This document shows positions 1-8,973 of a stretch of DNA of 47,165 nucleotides, in pieces. A program made the translations under genes and the position numbers. The first letter of the stretch is position 1; the number at the start of each line of letters is the position of its first letter. Below the pieces are notes generated by a model that was not told where the DNA came from, did not search any database, and worked only from the letters and a program-made list of their open reading frames with translations. Source of the stretch: a virus (lineage: Duplodnaviria; Caudoviricetes); the IMG/VR virus record IMGVR_UViG_3300038406_000164, positions 1 to 47,165 of that record, one strand, 5' to 3'.

Positions 1-127
1 AATGAATGGCCACATGACCAGATATTTCATGGCTGACTATGATCTGGAAACCAAACAGTATACAATCATAAAGCCATCAAGGGAGCAAGACTGGTAATGG
101 CTGAGGACAAGCTAGCAGGGCTGCGCC
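1..127. repeat. Direct terminal repeat, copy 1 (probable circular-assembly overlap)
   Basis: 1-127 is identical to 47039-47165. The length is a common assembler k-mer, and the repeat cuts through genes. Confidence 0.9.
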
Positions 128-1095
128 TGTACGACAACACCCGCATCAGCGACTTCCGTCGCTGCCCCAGGTACTTCTACTTCAGACATGAGCGGAACTG
201 GACTACTCCCGGCGCGTCAGCCCCCTTGATATTCGGCAGTGCCTGGCACGATGCAATGGACTACGTATGGCCTATGATCCATACACATAAGTATGGTGCT
301 CACGACATAGTGGAGAAAGCACACGCCGCCTTCATGCGCCGATGGAAAAAGGACGGGATGCCCACTGACATAGATATTGAACTATCCAAGGAACTGTCTC
401 CACGGCTACCTGCGGTAGCCAAGGAAATGCTCATTAGCTATGTCCATAAGCGCACTGAGTCGATATTGGGCATGGAGCTGATAGAAACTGAAAGGCGCTT
501 CGCCGTCCCTCTGTCACTAAGTGACCCCACCGTATTCTACGTAGGCAGAATAGACAAGGTCGTGAGGCCGGACAATCGTAGCATAAGGGGCATTGAGCAC
601 AAGACCACTACGGCTAGCAAAATTGGCCCGGACAAGGAACCTCGCATCAATGGAAAGTTCCTTGAGACATTCAGCCCTAACAGCCAAGTAGACGGCTATG
701 ACTTTACACTTAACATGCTCTACCCTACGGCTGAGAACATAGACATATGGGTTGACGCCGCCCTCGTGCATGGTCGAGGCGAGGACTTCAAGTTCATCCC
801 CGTTGACAGGACTATGGATCAACTCAATGCGTGGGTATGGGAAACAACTTATTGGATACAGCAGATTGAGTTCAACAGGCAACTTGCGTTGCAGAGCAAC
901 GCAGGGGATCCGTTCATGAGGGCGTTTGCCAAGGACACTGGCCGATGCTTCGACTTCAACACAACGTGTCCATTCTTGCCACTGTGCAAGTCCAGACCTA
1001 ACCCTATGACGTGGGACGATGCTCCACAGCCATATGTGGTTAGAAAGTGGGACCCTCTAGATCACATTGGGGGCACACCTGACGAACTGAAATGA
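97..1095 (+). CDS. Cas4-like/AddB-type PD-(D/E)XK exonuclease
   Basis: N-terminal CPR, GRIDKV and IEHKTT catalytic motifs, and three C-terminal Cys (RCFDFNTTCPFLPLC) forming an Fe-S staple pattern. Confidence 0.8.
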   Translation: MAEDKLAGLRLYDNTRISDFRRCPRYFYFRHERNWTTPGASAPLIFGSAWHDAMDYVWPMIHTHKYGAHDIVEKAHAAFMRRWKKDGMPTDIDIELSKELSPRLPAVAKEMLISYVHKRTESILGMELIETERRFAVPLSLSDPTVFYVGRIDKVVRPDNRSIRGIEHKTTTASKIGPDKEPRINGKFLETFSPNSQVDGYDFTLNMLYPTAENIDIWVDAALVHGRGEDFKFIPVDRTMDQLNAWVWETTYWIQQIEFNRQLALQSNAGDPFMRAFAKDTGRCFDFNTTCPFLPLCKSRPNPMTWDDAPQPYVVRKWDPLDHIGGTPDELK

Positions 1096-1388
1096 AGGAG
1101 ATTGTTATGGCTAAGACTGAACTTCAACGCAAGCATGACTTCGTGGTGACGGTGACTTTACCCATAGCTATGAGTGCAGGTGACGCCAAGAATATCCTCG
1201 GTACAGCTATTGAAATAGATAGGGAGTCAGGTATATCGAGCGTCATAGTGCGTCACGCAGATGCCTATGTGCGTGGCAAGGTTTCACGAGTCACCAGAAA
1301 CTTGAATGCTCTAAGAACTGAATGCAACTTCGCTATAGACACTCTGGAACGTGCATGTGAGAACAGTGGGCGTTACAGCGATGACTAA
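1092..1388 (+). CDS. Hypothetical protein
   Basis: ORF coupled to the upstream stop (ATGA). An AAGGAG RBS precedes an alternative ATG at 1107. Confidence 0.6.
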   Translation: MKEIVMAKTELQRKHDFVVTVTLPIAMSAGDAKNILGTAIEIDRESGISSVIVRHADAYVRGKVSRVTRNLNALRTECNFAIDTLERACENSGRYSDD

Positions 1389-1632
1389 GGTCTTAGTGCC
1401 AAAGGTCGTATGGTTTCCGCAAACTGGAGTGCCTTGGCATCAAAAGGTATCGTGCGAATACGAGGTGCTACTAACACGTAAGGGCATGAACATTCGCACC
1501 TGCTTGCACGTTGCATCAGTAAAGGTAGATGGGCATCCATACTGTGCTCGTCACGCTGGTAGCGTACTAATACAAATACTCATGGAGAAGGAGAACGGGG
1601 GTGAAAGTTCAAAGGGTAATGTACAAAAATAG
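1381..1632 (+). CDS. Small C3H zinc-finger-like protein
   Basis: CEYEV...CLHVA...YCARHA pattern; overlaps the upstream stop. Confidence 0.55.
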   Translation: MTKVLVPKVVWFPQTGVPWHQKVSCEYEVLLTRKGMNIRTCLHVASVKVDGHPYCARHAGSVLIQILMEKENGGESSKGNVQK

Positions 1633-1801
1633 AACTAAGCACATCACATGCGAGATGGTGACTAACTTGGGTATTGGCCTTAACAAGCCCTGCCTAAAGA
1701 CGGCCAACTTCAAGCTGGGAGATGTATTTATGTGTCATACTCATGCTGCATACGTCCTCTTGGAAACTTCAGTAAAAGGAACGGAGGTACTATACATATG
1801 A
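1601..1801 (+). CDS. Small C3H zinc-finger-like protein (paralog of 1381..1632)
   Basis: CEMVT...CLKTA...MCHTHA; GGAG upstream of a GTG start. Confidence 0.55.
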   Translation: MKVQRVMYKNRTKHITCEMVTNLGIGLNKPCLKTANFKLGDVFMCHTHAAYVLLETSVKGTEVLYI

Positions 1802-2079
1802 AACCCGTAACGTTTGATGTAAGCGGGATTAGATACGGTCCTGAAGAGATCAATCAACTACGTAGTGCCTTGGTCAAGAAGGCGGATAATGGGGTAAAGA
1901 GTAATCTGACTGAAAGCATTCTCATATTCCAAGCGGTAGCACTCCTACTACACATGTCAGAGGCCATCTGGCCAGAAACGGAAGTAGAGTATGAAACGCG
2001 TAACATTCAAAGTGACAAGAATTCGTCGGGTTCATCAGAAGGGAAAGTTCGCACTGGAACTCCCGGACTGGTTGAATGA
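1798..2079 (+). CDS. Hypothetical protein
   Basis: GGAGG RBS before ATG 1798; ATGA overlap with the upstream gene. Confidence 0.55.
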   Translation: MKPVTFDVSGIRYGPEEINQLRSALVKKADNGVKSNLTESILIFQAVALLLHMSEAIWPETEVEYETRNIQSDKNSSGSSEGKVRTGTPGLVE

Positions 2080-2332
2080 GCATACTAGTTATGTTCAGGA
2101 GCTTGGCAGAATATGTGCTACTCAGAGCGCTGATGTAGTTTGGGAGGACTCCGATGAACCCACTACGGCTGACTTTCAGGCTAGCATCCTATATACGGAT
2201 GACGTTAGCGCGCCTGTCATACATCAGATCGCGGGCCCTGTTGAACACCCAGGGAGCGAGGATGGAGGCGTACCTGAGAAGGACGAAAAGCCGGTATCTG
2301 GAATACGCAGGATATGGCCCCGAACACACTAG
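1991..2332 (+). CDS. Hypothetical protein
   Basis: ORF within the + strand gene run; overlaps both neighbours. Confidence 0.4.
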   Translation: MKRVTFKVTRIRRVHQKGKFALELPDWLNEHTSYVQELGRICATQSADVVWEDSDEPTTADFQASILYTDDVSAPVIHQIAGPVEHPGSEDGGVPEKDEKPVSGIRRIWPRTH

Positions 2333-2468
2333 CTTCAGTCTCAAGGAGTGGACATGGTTCATAATAATCCAGGTAGCCCAGATGCTACTTTACGCAGCGG
2401 GATACATCCTCCTGGTACTGATCATCGCAGTAATCTGGACGATGGTAGTCCTCTCCATCCCGCACTAG
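2154..2468 (+). CDS. Hypothetical membrane protein
   Basis: Strong GGGAGG RBS; long hydrophobic C-terminus. Confidence 0.5.
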   Translation: MNPLRLTFRLASYIRMTLARLSYIRSRALLNTQGARMEAYLRRTKSRYLEYAGYGPEHTSFSLKEWTWFIIIQVAQMLLYAAGYILLVLIIAVIWTMVVLSIPH

Positions 2469-2470
2469 AC

Positions 2471-2728
2471 ATGGTGGTGGTGTTAGTCAACTGGGTAGAC
2501 TCACACGGCGGGCATGAAAACTGGGACTACCTTGAGGACTGCAAGTTCATTCCTCCCGCAGATGTGTGGACTGTTGGATTTCTCACCAATGAAGATGATA
2601 CATGCATTGAAGTTACCGGCTGTATCAGTAAATGCGGTGACGGAGAACAGCGTATGTACTCCATGACTATTCCTAAGGCGTGCATTAAATATCGACGTGA
2701 CACCTTATGGAAAAAGCTTGACATCTGA
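2471..2728 (+). CDS. Small phage hypothetical protein
   Basis: VNWVDS...TVGFL...TIPKACI resembles a recurring small phage protein; starts just after the upstream stop. Confidence 0.55.
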   Translation: MVVVLVNWVDSHGGHENWDYLEDCKFIPPADVWTVGFLTNEDDTCIEVTGCISKCGDGEQRMYSMTIPKACIKYRRDTLWKKLDI

Positions 2729-2775
2729 TGCATAATATGCCAATGTGCGGTATTCCAAACAAGGGAAACCGGCAC

Positions 2776-3636
2776 ATGAACATTCAACCTACGGAAGCGG
2801 CTGAGCCCAAGTCAGCTGCTTCCGCCGACACTATCCCATGGCAGAGAATTTTGCTGGTGGGACCTACGGGGGCAGGTAAAAGTACACAGATATGGACCCT
2901 ACCAGGCAAGAAATTTGCCTATGTATTCGATCCAAACACTATCCCCGCCATAATCGGCTGTCCTGATCTGTACTATGCAGAATTCCTCCCCGAGTTTACG
3001 GAAATGGACGCCACGCTGAAGGGCTTCAATAAGGGGGCGCGAAGCGACAAGCCGGCCAGCATCAAGGAACCTACGCTATACCTTAGGTGGATCAAGCATC
3101 TAAATGACTTTGTTGCGACTGAAAGATATAAGGCGTATGACTGGCTAATCTTTGACAGCCTGACGTTTCTCGCCAAGGCAGTCATGGATCGCCAACTGTA
3201 CATCAACAATCGCTATGGTGACATTGAAGACCTCGGTGACTATCGCATTGTCGGCAGCAAGATCAGTGACGTATTTGGCAGTATCGCTGGCCTCGACATT
3301 AACATTCTATCGACTGGGCACATAGCCTCCTTTCAGGATGAAAAGACTAAGAAGATCATTACTCAGCTGTTCTTGCCTGGGAAGGCGCGGAACATGCTCC
3401 CCCTAAGCCATACCAACATATGGCTGGCGATGTCTGAAGAGGGAGAGAAAGGCCAGGAGTACAAGATAAGGACAGTCCCCCAAAGCAAGGGACTTCAGGA
3501 GATACGGTCTAGCATACGCGGCTTAAAGCCAGTTGAGGATGTGACTATAAAGGACTTCAACAATGCTGGGCAGTATGGCATAGGAGCATTAATCCAAAGG
3601 AGTACAAAGAATGCCGTTCATAAAAGAAGCGCTTGA
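2776..3636 (+). CDS. AAA/RecA-fold ATPase, Sak4-like recombinase
   Basis: Walker A GPTGAGKS and Walker B LIFDSLT; lies between the exonuclease and SSB. Start placed at ATG 2776 after AAGGG. Confidence 0.75.
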   Translation: MNIQPTEAAEPKSAASADTIPWQRILLVGPTGAGKSTQIWTLPGKKFAYVFDPNTIPAIIGCPDLYYAEFLPEFTEMDATLKGFNKGARSDKPASIKEPTLYLRWIKHLNDFVATERYKAYDWLIFDSLTFLAKAVMDRQLYINNRYGDIEDLGDYRIVGSKISDVFGSIAGLDINILSTGHIASFQDEKTKKIITQLFLPGKARNMLPLSHTNIWLAMSEEGEKGQEYKIRTVPQSKGLQEIRSSIRGLKPVEDVTIKDFNNAGQYGIGALIQRSTKNAVHKRSA

Positions 3637-3994
3637 CGACGTAACAGAGAGCAAGCCCGCGCCTGAGGGCGAGTACGACCTTCGCATTCTGAAGGCTATC
3701 GATAAGCCATCCAAGTCAGGGACTGAGATGATCACTCTGATGCTTGGCTTTGAGGGTGATGTGGACGCCCCTCCGTTCTATCATTACCTGATGAATTGGG
3801 ACGCTGACACTCCTGCGGAACAGATAAGCATGCGAAAGCTTGAGATCAAAAGGTTCTGTGTGGTGTTCGACGTTTCAGAGGACTTTGATGTATCAGACTT
3901 GGAGGGTCTGACAGGAACTTGCTTTGTCGGGCAAGAGGAGGGAAACGATGGCGTTATTCGTAATAGGGCCAAGTTTCCCAAACTAAGAGACTGA
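3611..3994 (+). CDS. Single-stranded DNA-binding protein (DUF669-like)
   Basis: PAPEGEYDLRI...SKSGTEMITL pattern, acidic, follows the Sak4-like ATPase. Confidence 0.65.
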   Translation: MPFIKEALDDVTESKPAPEGEYDLRILKAIDKPSKSGTEMITLMLGFEGDVDAPPFYHYLMNWDADTPAEQISMRKLEIKRFCVVFDVSEDFDVSDLEGLTGTCFVGQEEGNDGVIRNRAKFPKLRD

Positions 3995-4026
3995 CACCAG
4001 CGACGTAACGGCCCGTTGGTGTTAGA

Positions 4027-4065
4027 GGCTGGGCGGAGGTGTTGGTATAGTCCCTCCGTCCAGCC
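4027..4065 (+). other. Intergenic hairpin (processing or termination signal?)
   Basis: GGCTGGGCGGAGG-N13-CCTCCGTCCAGCC; no U-tract. Confidence 0.5.
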
Positions 4066-4082
4066 ACAACAACGAGGATGAG

Positions 4083-4304
4083 ATGAGCGATACTATAGAG
4101 AAGTCACGAGTAACTGTAATCATGAATAGAGATGTGTATGAGCGACTGTATGCAAGCGTACCAAGGGGTTATAGGCAGGACATACTCAACCCGGTGATCG
4201 AGCTGGTCGTCGAAGCCATAGAAGAGCAAGGTAAAGTGGTGATTGGTGCGATCCTGGCCGGAAAATTCAAGCTGGTGCGTGATGAATCTGTGAAAGGTTC
4301 GTAG
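4083..4304 (+). CDS. Possible ribbon-helix-helix DNA-binding protein
   Basis: RVTVIMNRDVYERL gives a beta-strand plus helix pattern; GAGG RBS. Confidence 0.45.
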   Translation: MSDTIEKSRVTVIMNRDVYERLYASVPRGYRQDILNPVIELVVEAIEEQGKVVIGAILAGKFKLVRDESVKGS

Positions 4305-4306
4305 AT

Positions 4307-4327
4307 ATTGGCCCAAAATGGGCCAAT
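4307..4327. promoter_or_regulatory. 21-bp palindrome, copy 1
   Basis: ATTGGCCCA-AAA-TGGGCCAAT. Confidence 0.75.
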
Positions 4328-4348
4328 TTAGTGCAATCGGTGAGTTAG

Positions 4349-4579
4349 ATGGAAGAATCCAAGCTAGATGCGCTCTGGCCGCATATCAAAACAATGACGC
4401 CTGAACAAATCCGGGAGAGAATCCGGGAGATCAGGACTAGTCGTCGCCAGCCAAAGGTAGGAACAAAAAAGAGTGCGCGGGTGGCATCTGACAAGCGCGT
4501 AACTAAGGCGAAGGAGCTAAGTGCTGGGCTAAGTCAAGAGGAAATAAACGAGCTATTGGGGAAGTTCAATGTCAAGTGA
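4349..4579 (+). CDS. Hypothetical basic protein
   Basis: ORF filling the gap before the methyltransferase gene. Confidence 0.6.
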   Translation: MEESKLDALWPHIKTMTPEQIRERIREIRTSRRQPKVGTKKSARVASDKRVTKAKELSAGLSQEEINELLGKFNVK

Positions 4580-5897
4580 TTACAAAGCTGGGTATCGTGT
4601 CGAGTACCTTGGGGAAATATCTGTAAGTCAGATAAAGGTTGGGGTTAGGGCGCGAGAGGATATGGGGAATGAGTCTTCGGCAGATGGGGAATCCCTCAGA
4701 GGGCTGGCTGATAGCATAAAGGAGAAAGGGCAGATACACCCCATTGCAGTTGATGAAAAGATGGGACTGCTAGCTGGGGGACGCAGACTGGCAGCGATCA
4801 AACTGCTCGGATGGTCTACCATTCGGACGGAGAAGTTCCATATCGGGAACGACCCTGACGCCAAGCAAGTAATCGAGGATCATGAGAACTATTGGAGAAA
4901 GCCCCTCCTGTGGAATGAAAAGGCAATGCTCCAAAAGAGGATATTCGACAGGCAAAAGGCCAAGGACCCTAAATGGTCAGAGCGTAAACAAGAAACCTTA
5001 ATGGGCCAGTCGCGTAGTAATATTAACAGAGAACTCAAGCTGGGGGAAATGCTTGAGGTCGCACCTGAGATGGCCAAGGAGTTTCCTGATCAGTCATCAG
5101 CGTGGAAGGCCTACGAGGACTTGGAAGAGCGAACAATGACTATCGCAGCCAAGAAGAATAGACCCGAGGAGGTGGTGAATGCGCCCAAGTGGGCGCATGA
5201 TCACTTCATTGTGGGAGACGCTATTGACGGCATGTCTGGGCGCGAGACAGCCAGCGCTGACTTCGCAGAAGTCGATCCTCCCTACGCAGTGGAGATTGAT
5301 CGTCGGAAGGGAGGTCGAAACATAGACAAGGGGCATATAGGGGACTACAATGAGGTCGATGTTAAGGCTTATCCTCCCATGATGAAGGCTGTGATTGCGC
5401 AAGTACATCGTCTCCTAAAGGAAAATACATTCGCCATATTCTGGCATGGCACACAGTGGCACTGCGATATGCGTTCATGGCTAGAGCAAGCTGGCTTCGC
5501 CGTCAACTCAACTCCAGCCATATGGTACAAGGGGGCGATGGGCCAAACTGCACAACCGGACGTTATGTTAGCCAGCTCATATGAGCCCTTTTTTTTGGCC
5601 AGAAAAGGACAGCCACGTATGCGTAGGCAAGGTCGCAGCAATGTCTTCCATTATAGCCCCCTCGCACCTTCAAAGAAGGTCCATTCGACTGAAAAGCCCT
5701 TGGACCTGATGGTTGACATCTTGGATACGATGTTATTCCCTGGGTGCAACGTACTAGTCCCGTTCCTAGGAAGTGGGGTAACGCTTCGCGCCGCCTACAA
5801 GCTGGGACACACTGGCTTCGGGTTTGACAAATCGGAAGCGCATAAAGAGCGCTTCCTCCAGCGAGTGAGTGAGGAATACACGGAGTTGGTTTCGTGA
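4569..5897 (+). CDS. ParB-like N-terminal domain fused to an N6A/N4C DNA methyltransferase (beta class)
   Basis: ParB motifs SIKEKGQIHPIAV, LLAGGRRLAA and HENYWRK. MTase DPPY precedes HSTEKP and VPFLGSG. Confidence 0.85.
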   Translation: MSSDYKAGYRVEYLGEISVSQIKVGVRAREDMGNESSADGESLRGLADSIKEKGQIHPIAVDEKMGLLAGGRRLAAIKLLGWSTIRTEKFHIGNDPDAKQVIEDHENYWRKPLLWNEKAMLQKRIFDRQKAKDPKWSERKQETLMGQSRSNINRELKLGEMLEVAPEMAKEFPDQSSAWKAYEDLEERTMTIAAKKNRPEEVVNAPKWAHDHFIVGDAIDGMSGRETASADFAEVDPPYAVEIDRRKGGRNIDKGHIGDYNEVDVKAYPPMMKAVIAQVHRLLKENTFAIFWHGTQWHCDMRSWLEQAGFAVNSTPAIWYKGAMGQTAQPDVMLASSYEPFFLARKGQPRMRRQGRSNVFHYSPLAPSKKVHSTEKPLDLMVDILDTMLFPGCNVLVPFLGSGVTLRAAYKLGHTGFGFDKSEAHKERFLQRVSEEYTELVS

Positions 5898-7522
5898 CTA
5901 GTCCATACGAGGAAGGTGATCCTGACAGCAAGCTACTGGTATTGGGCCAGGCTCCGGCTCGTAACGAGATGCGCATGAAGCGTCCCCTCGTCGGTCCTGC
6001 AGGCGACGTGTTCAAGGACTGTCTGCATTCTGCAGGCATCGCTCGTGGCGAATGCTACATACTGAACGTGTGGGAAAGTCCAGTCGTTGAGAAGTCCAGA
6101 GCTTTGTATAGCACTGAGGGAGGGCCTGCCTTATGGACTCCAAAGGGATTTACCGAGTATGGATTGGAGATGGCTGCGCCAACGTTACAGAGGGTAACAA
6201 GCAGTGGTGCGAACTGTATATTGGCGCTTGGTCAGCAAGCACTAGAACTATGTACTGGCAAAGCGGCGGGTATCATGAAGTGGCGCGGGTCGATATTGAA
6301 AGGGGTGGAGCGGATTGGAGAGCGCAAGACGGTAGCTACAATTCATCCAGCGGCAACGATATATGGCACGTATATGTGGCGCTATCTGATCATATATGAC
6401 ATGCAGCGTGCCTTGGCAGAGTCTAAAAGCCATGAACTTGATTTGCCCGTAAGGGATATAGTCATTGAGCCAACTATGGCAGAAGTCAAGAGTTGGTTCA
6501 AGGGATGTATGCACGCCAAGGAAGTCGCTACTGACATCGAGGTTATCAACCATGAAGTGTCGTGCTTCTCTCTAGCCCTTACCCCCAACGATGGAATTTG
6601 TATCCCCCTGACATGCGAAACTGGACACTACTGGACTGAAGACGAGGAGATCGAGATATGGAATATGTATGCTTACTTGATGGACAATCCAACAATCGCT
6701 AAAGTCAACCAGAACCTTATCGGCTTCGACTCCGTATTCCTACGCAGGAAGAACAACATTCGCATCAGGGGATTTCTCGGCGATACGCAGGTGGCGCAGC
6801 GCCTTCTCTATCCCGAGTTCAATCGCGGTCTGGCCTTCATTGCATCCATCCTAACACGTGAGCCATACTGGAAGGATGACGGGAAGATGTGGAAGAATGA
6901 GGGCGGCGATTTCCCGACGTTCTGGCGATACAACGGAAAGGACGCATGTGTGGCGCTGGAGTGTTGGCACAGACAATCTGAGGAATTGACCCAGCGTGAC
7001 ATGTGGGATACCTACAATGACCGGGCAAGCATATACGAGACGCTCCTATTCATGACCATGGACGGTGTGGCTGTTAACCAGGAGGCCCTTGATGAAACTA
7101 AGGTGGAGATCGAGCGCCAGATTGGTGAAAAGATGCGGGAGCTTGAGGGGGCAGCTGACTACATGTTTAATCCTATATCTCCTATGCAATGCGCCAAATA
7201 CTTTTATGGTCACAAGGGCTTGGTGCCATACAAGAATGCATCTGGCGGCGTGACCTCCGATGACAAGGCCATGTCTCGCATATACCGCAAGACCAATATG
7301 CGAGAAGCCAAGCTTGTGCAGGAGATCAGGGGCCTGCGAAAGCTCAAGGGAACGTACCTTGACGTTGTGCCTGATGCGGATGGTAGACTAAGGTGCAGCT
7401 GGGACCCTACAGGCACGTGGACCGGGCGCCTTTCATCTTCACAGACCATTGATGGAACGGGGATGAACTTCCAAAATGTAGACCCTCGATTCAAGAGGTT
7501 CATTGTGGAGGACTTTCCATGA
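5894..7522 (+). CDS. DNA polymerase A, N-terminal part: family-4-like uracil-DNA glycosylase domain, 3'-5' exonuclease, thumb/palm start
   Basis: UDG motifs GQAP, PLVGPAG, YILNV, TIHPAA. Exo I ATDIE, Exo II NLIGFD, Exo III YNGKD. Contains TGRLSSS...NFQN and ends before motif A. Confidence 0.88.
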   Translation: MTSPYEEGDPDSKLLVLGQAPARNEMRMKRPLVGPAGDVFKDCLHSAGIARGECYILNVWESPVVEKSRALYSTEGGPALWTPKGFTEYGLEMAAPTLQRVTSSGANCILALGQQALELCTGKAAGIMKWRGSILKGVERIGERKTVATIHPAATIYGTYMWRYLIIYDMQRALAESKSHELDLPVRDIVIEPTMAEVKSWFKGCMHAKEVATDIEVINHEVSCFSLALTPNDGICIPLTCETGHYWTEDEEIEIWNMYAYLMDNPTIAKVNQNLIGFDSVFLRRKNNIRIRGFLGDTQVAQRLLYPEFNRGLAFIASILTREPYWKDDGKMWKNEGGDFPTFWRYNGKDACVALECWHRQSEELTQRDMWDTYNDRASIYETLLFMTMDGVAVNQEALDETKVEIERQIGEKMRELEGAADYMFNPISPMQCAKYFYGHKGLVPYKNASGGVTSDDKAMSRIYRKTNMREAKLVQEIRGLRKLKGTYLDVVPDADGRLRCSWDPTGTWTGRLSSSQTIDGTGMNFQNVDPRFKRFIVEDFP

Positions 7523-8238
7523 TATATAAGGACTTAATGCCTGTCAGTGAGTACCAGCTAATCCTAAAGTCGCTGGGCATGTACACTGGCAAAGTTGATG
7601 GCATCAAGGGGCCGTTGACGATAGCTGCATTGCGTGGCTTTCAGCGTGTCAACAACCTGAAGGTTGATGCCAAGGTAGGTCCTAAGACAGTCGCGGCCCT
7701 TAAGCCTGGCATATTGCCAGCGAACCAATTAATCCCTATAAGCACATACGTAGAACCCCCAACGGCCAACGTATGGCCAAGGCAGGCAACAGTTGGTAAT
7801 TTTTACGGTCAGATGGGCACTCACCTCACTCTATTGGAACTCCCATTTAAGATGCGCCTTGCGTGGAATAAGAACATCAGCATATCTAAGTTTTCTATCC
7901 ATGAAAAGGTCCATGACAGTGCTCTTAGGTGTTTTAATAGGATACGTGATCATTATTCTATGCCTCAACTTACTGATATGGGGGTTACTCTATATGGCGG
8001 GTGCATAGCCGATCCACCAAGGAAGATGCGCGGTGGCAGCCTATACTCCATGCACTCATACGGCATTGCCATTGACTTTGACCCAGCGCGCAATACTATG
8101 AAGGGAAACCGCACTAATTCTCGATTAGCTAAACCTGACTGTAATGCGTTCTGGGAAATATGGGAGGACGAAGGCTGGATAAGCCTTGGCAGGGCTAGGA
8201 ACTTCGATTGGATGCACGTTCAAGCAGCACGGTTATAG
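7519..8238 (+). CDS. Endolysin: peptidoglycan-binding domain plus M15-family peptidase
   Basis: VDGIKGPLTIAALRGFQ...VDAKVGPKT; SMHSYGIAIDFD; DWMHVQ. Confidence 0.85.
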   Translation: MIYKDLMPVSEYQLILKSLGMYTGKVDGIKGPLTIAALRGFQRVNNLKVDAKVGPKTVAALKPGILPANQLIPISTYVEPPTANVWPRQATVGNFYGQMGTHLTLLELPFKMRLAWNKNISISKFSIHEKVHDSALRCFNRIRDHYSMPQLTDMGVTLYGGCIADPPRKMRGGSLYSMHSYGIAIDFDPARNTMKGNRTNSRLAKPDCNAFWEIWEDEGWISLGRARNFDWMHVQAARL

Positions 8239-8247
8239 GAGAGTATC

Positions 8248-8598
8248 ATGCCACACACTAACGAGTTCAAACCTGACTGGACGTTATCACTTAAGGATAA
8301 CATGGTAGTCAAGCTGACGCTTGCACTGTCGGCGCACCTACCTGACTGGCCCGGCGCGACCGATGAGCAACTTGACGCGATTGCTGAAGACCTGACAGAG
8401 CTTGTTATAGAGGCGGTCAAGCAAGAGCGTGAGGCGAACAAGGCCATCATGTTCGCACACGCTGAGGAAGTCGCCAGGCTTGCTGCTGACCCATCGGGAG
8501 AAAAACAGCCTGGAGTGGCTGAGGTGGCAAAGTCAGTAGCTGATACTGTCAAAAAGGTCACTGCCGCCATAGAGGCCAGGGGGGAGAATGACTCCTAA
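8248..8598 (+). CDS. Hypothetical protein
   Basis: AGGAG RBS. Confidence 0.65.
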   Translation: MPHTNEFKPDWTLSLKDNMVVKLTLALSAHLPDWPGATDEQLDAIAEDLTELVIEAVKQEREANKAIMFAHAEEVARLAADPSGEKQPGVAEVAKSVADTVKKVTAAIEARGENDS

Positions 8599-8834
8599 TG
8601 GGACATCCCCAAGGTGGAGGAAACTATAGGGCTATTTTTGATCAACTCGATGATATCACAGAAGATGCCCTAAATCTGAAAACGGAGAACGAGAAGCTGC
8701 GACTTGAAAACGAGAAGCTTCTAGCCCAGAAGCATGGCCACTTCACCAAAGAGGAGATGGTGCAAGCCAGAAAGATCTTGGCTATGTTCGAGTTTTATAA
8801 CGAAGTGGAACGGGAAAATGATGACCGAGACTGA
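8598..8834 (+). CDS. Hypothetical coiled-coil protein
   Basis: TAATG coupling to the upstream gene; GGGGAG RBS. Confidence 0.6.
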   Translation: MGHPQGGGNYRAIFDQLDDITEDALNLKTENEKLRLENEKLLAQKHGHFTKEEMVQARKILAMFEFYNEVERENDDRD

Positions 8835-8973
8835 GCGTGAGCTTCTGTTGAAACTAGCAGCCGCAGTTATACAGCTGTCTAATGGATTTACAATCCCTTC
8901 AACCATTGTTGAAATAGAAGCTCTTCAACAAGAGCTTCTCAAGACAGATGAGCGTGATGTTACTGGAGTTTGA
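8821..8973 (+). CDS. Small hypothetical protein
   Basis: MTETERELLLKL; bridges 8834 and the polymerase C-terminal gene. Confidence 0.45.
   Translation: MTETERELLLKLAAAVIQLSNGFTIPSTIVEIEALQQELLKTDERDVTGV

Noticed and set aside
1-127. 127-bp terminal repeat as a biological DTR
   Set aside because: The length matches a common assembly k-mer and the repeat interrupts coding sequence, so it is more likely a circularisation overlap.
97-1095. Cas4 as part of a CRISPR system
   Set aside because: No array or other cas genes. The context (Sak4-like ATPase, SSB) indicates a phage recombination nuclease.
5586-5596. CCC-T8 slippery run in the methyltransferase gene
   Set aside because: It lies mid-domain (EPFFL) and the SAM-binding motif continues in frame.
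7519-8947. Group I intron or split intein interrupting polA
   Set aside because: No homing endonuclease, no intein terminal residues and no room for a ribozyme core, as the insert is fully packed with ORFs. RT-PCR would exclude it formally.
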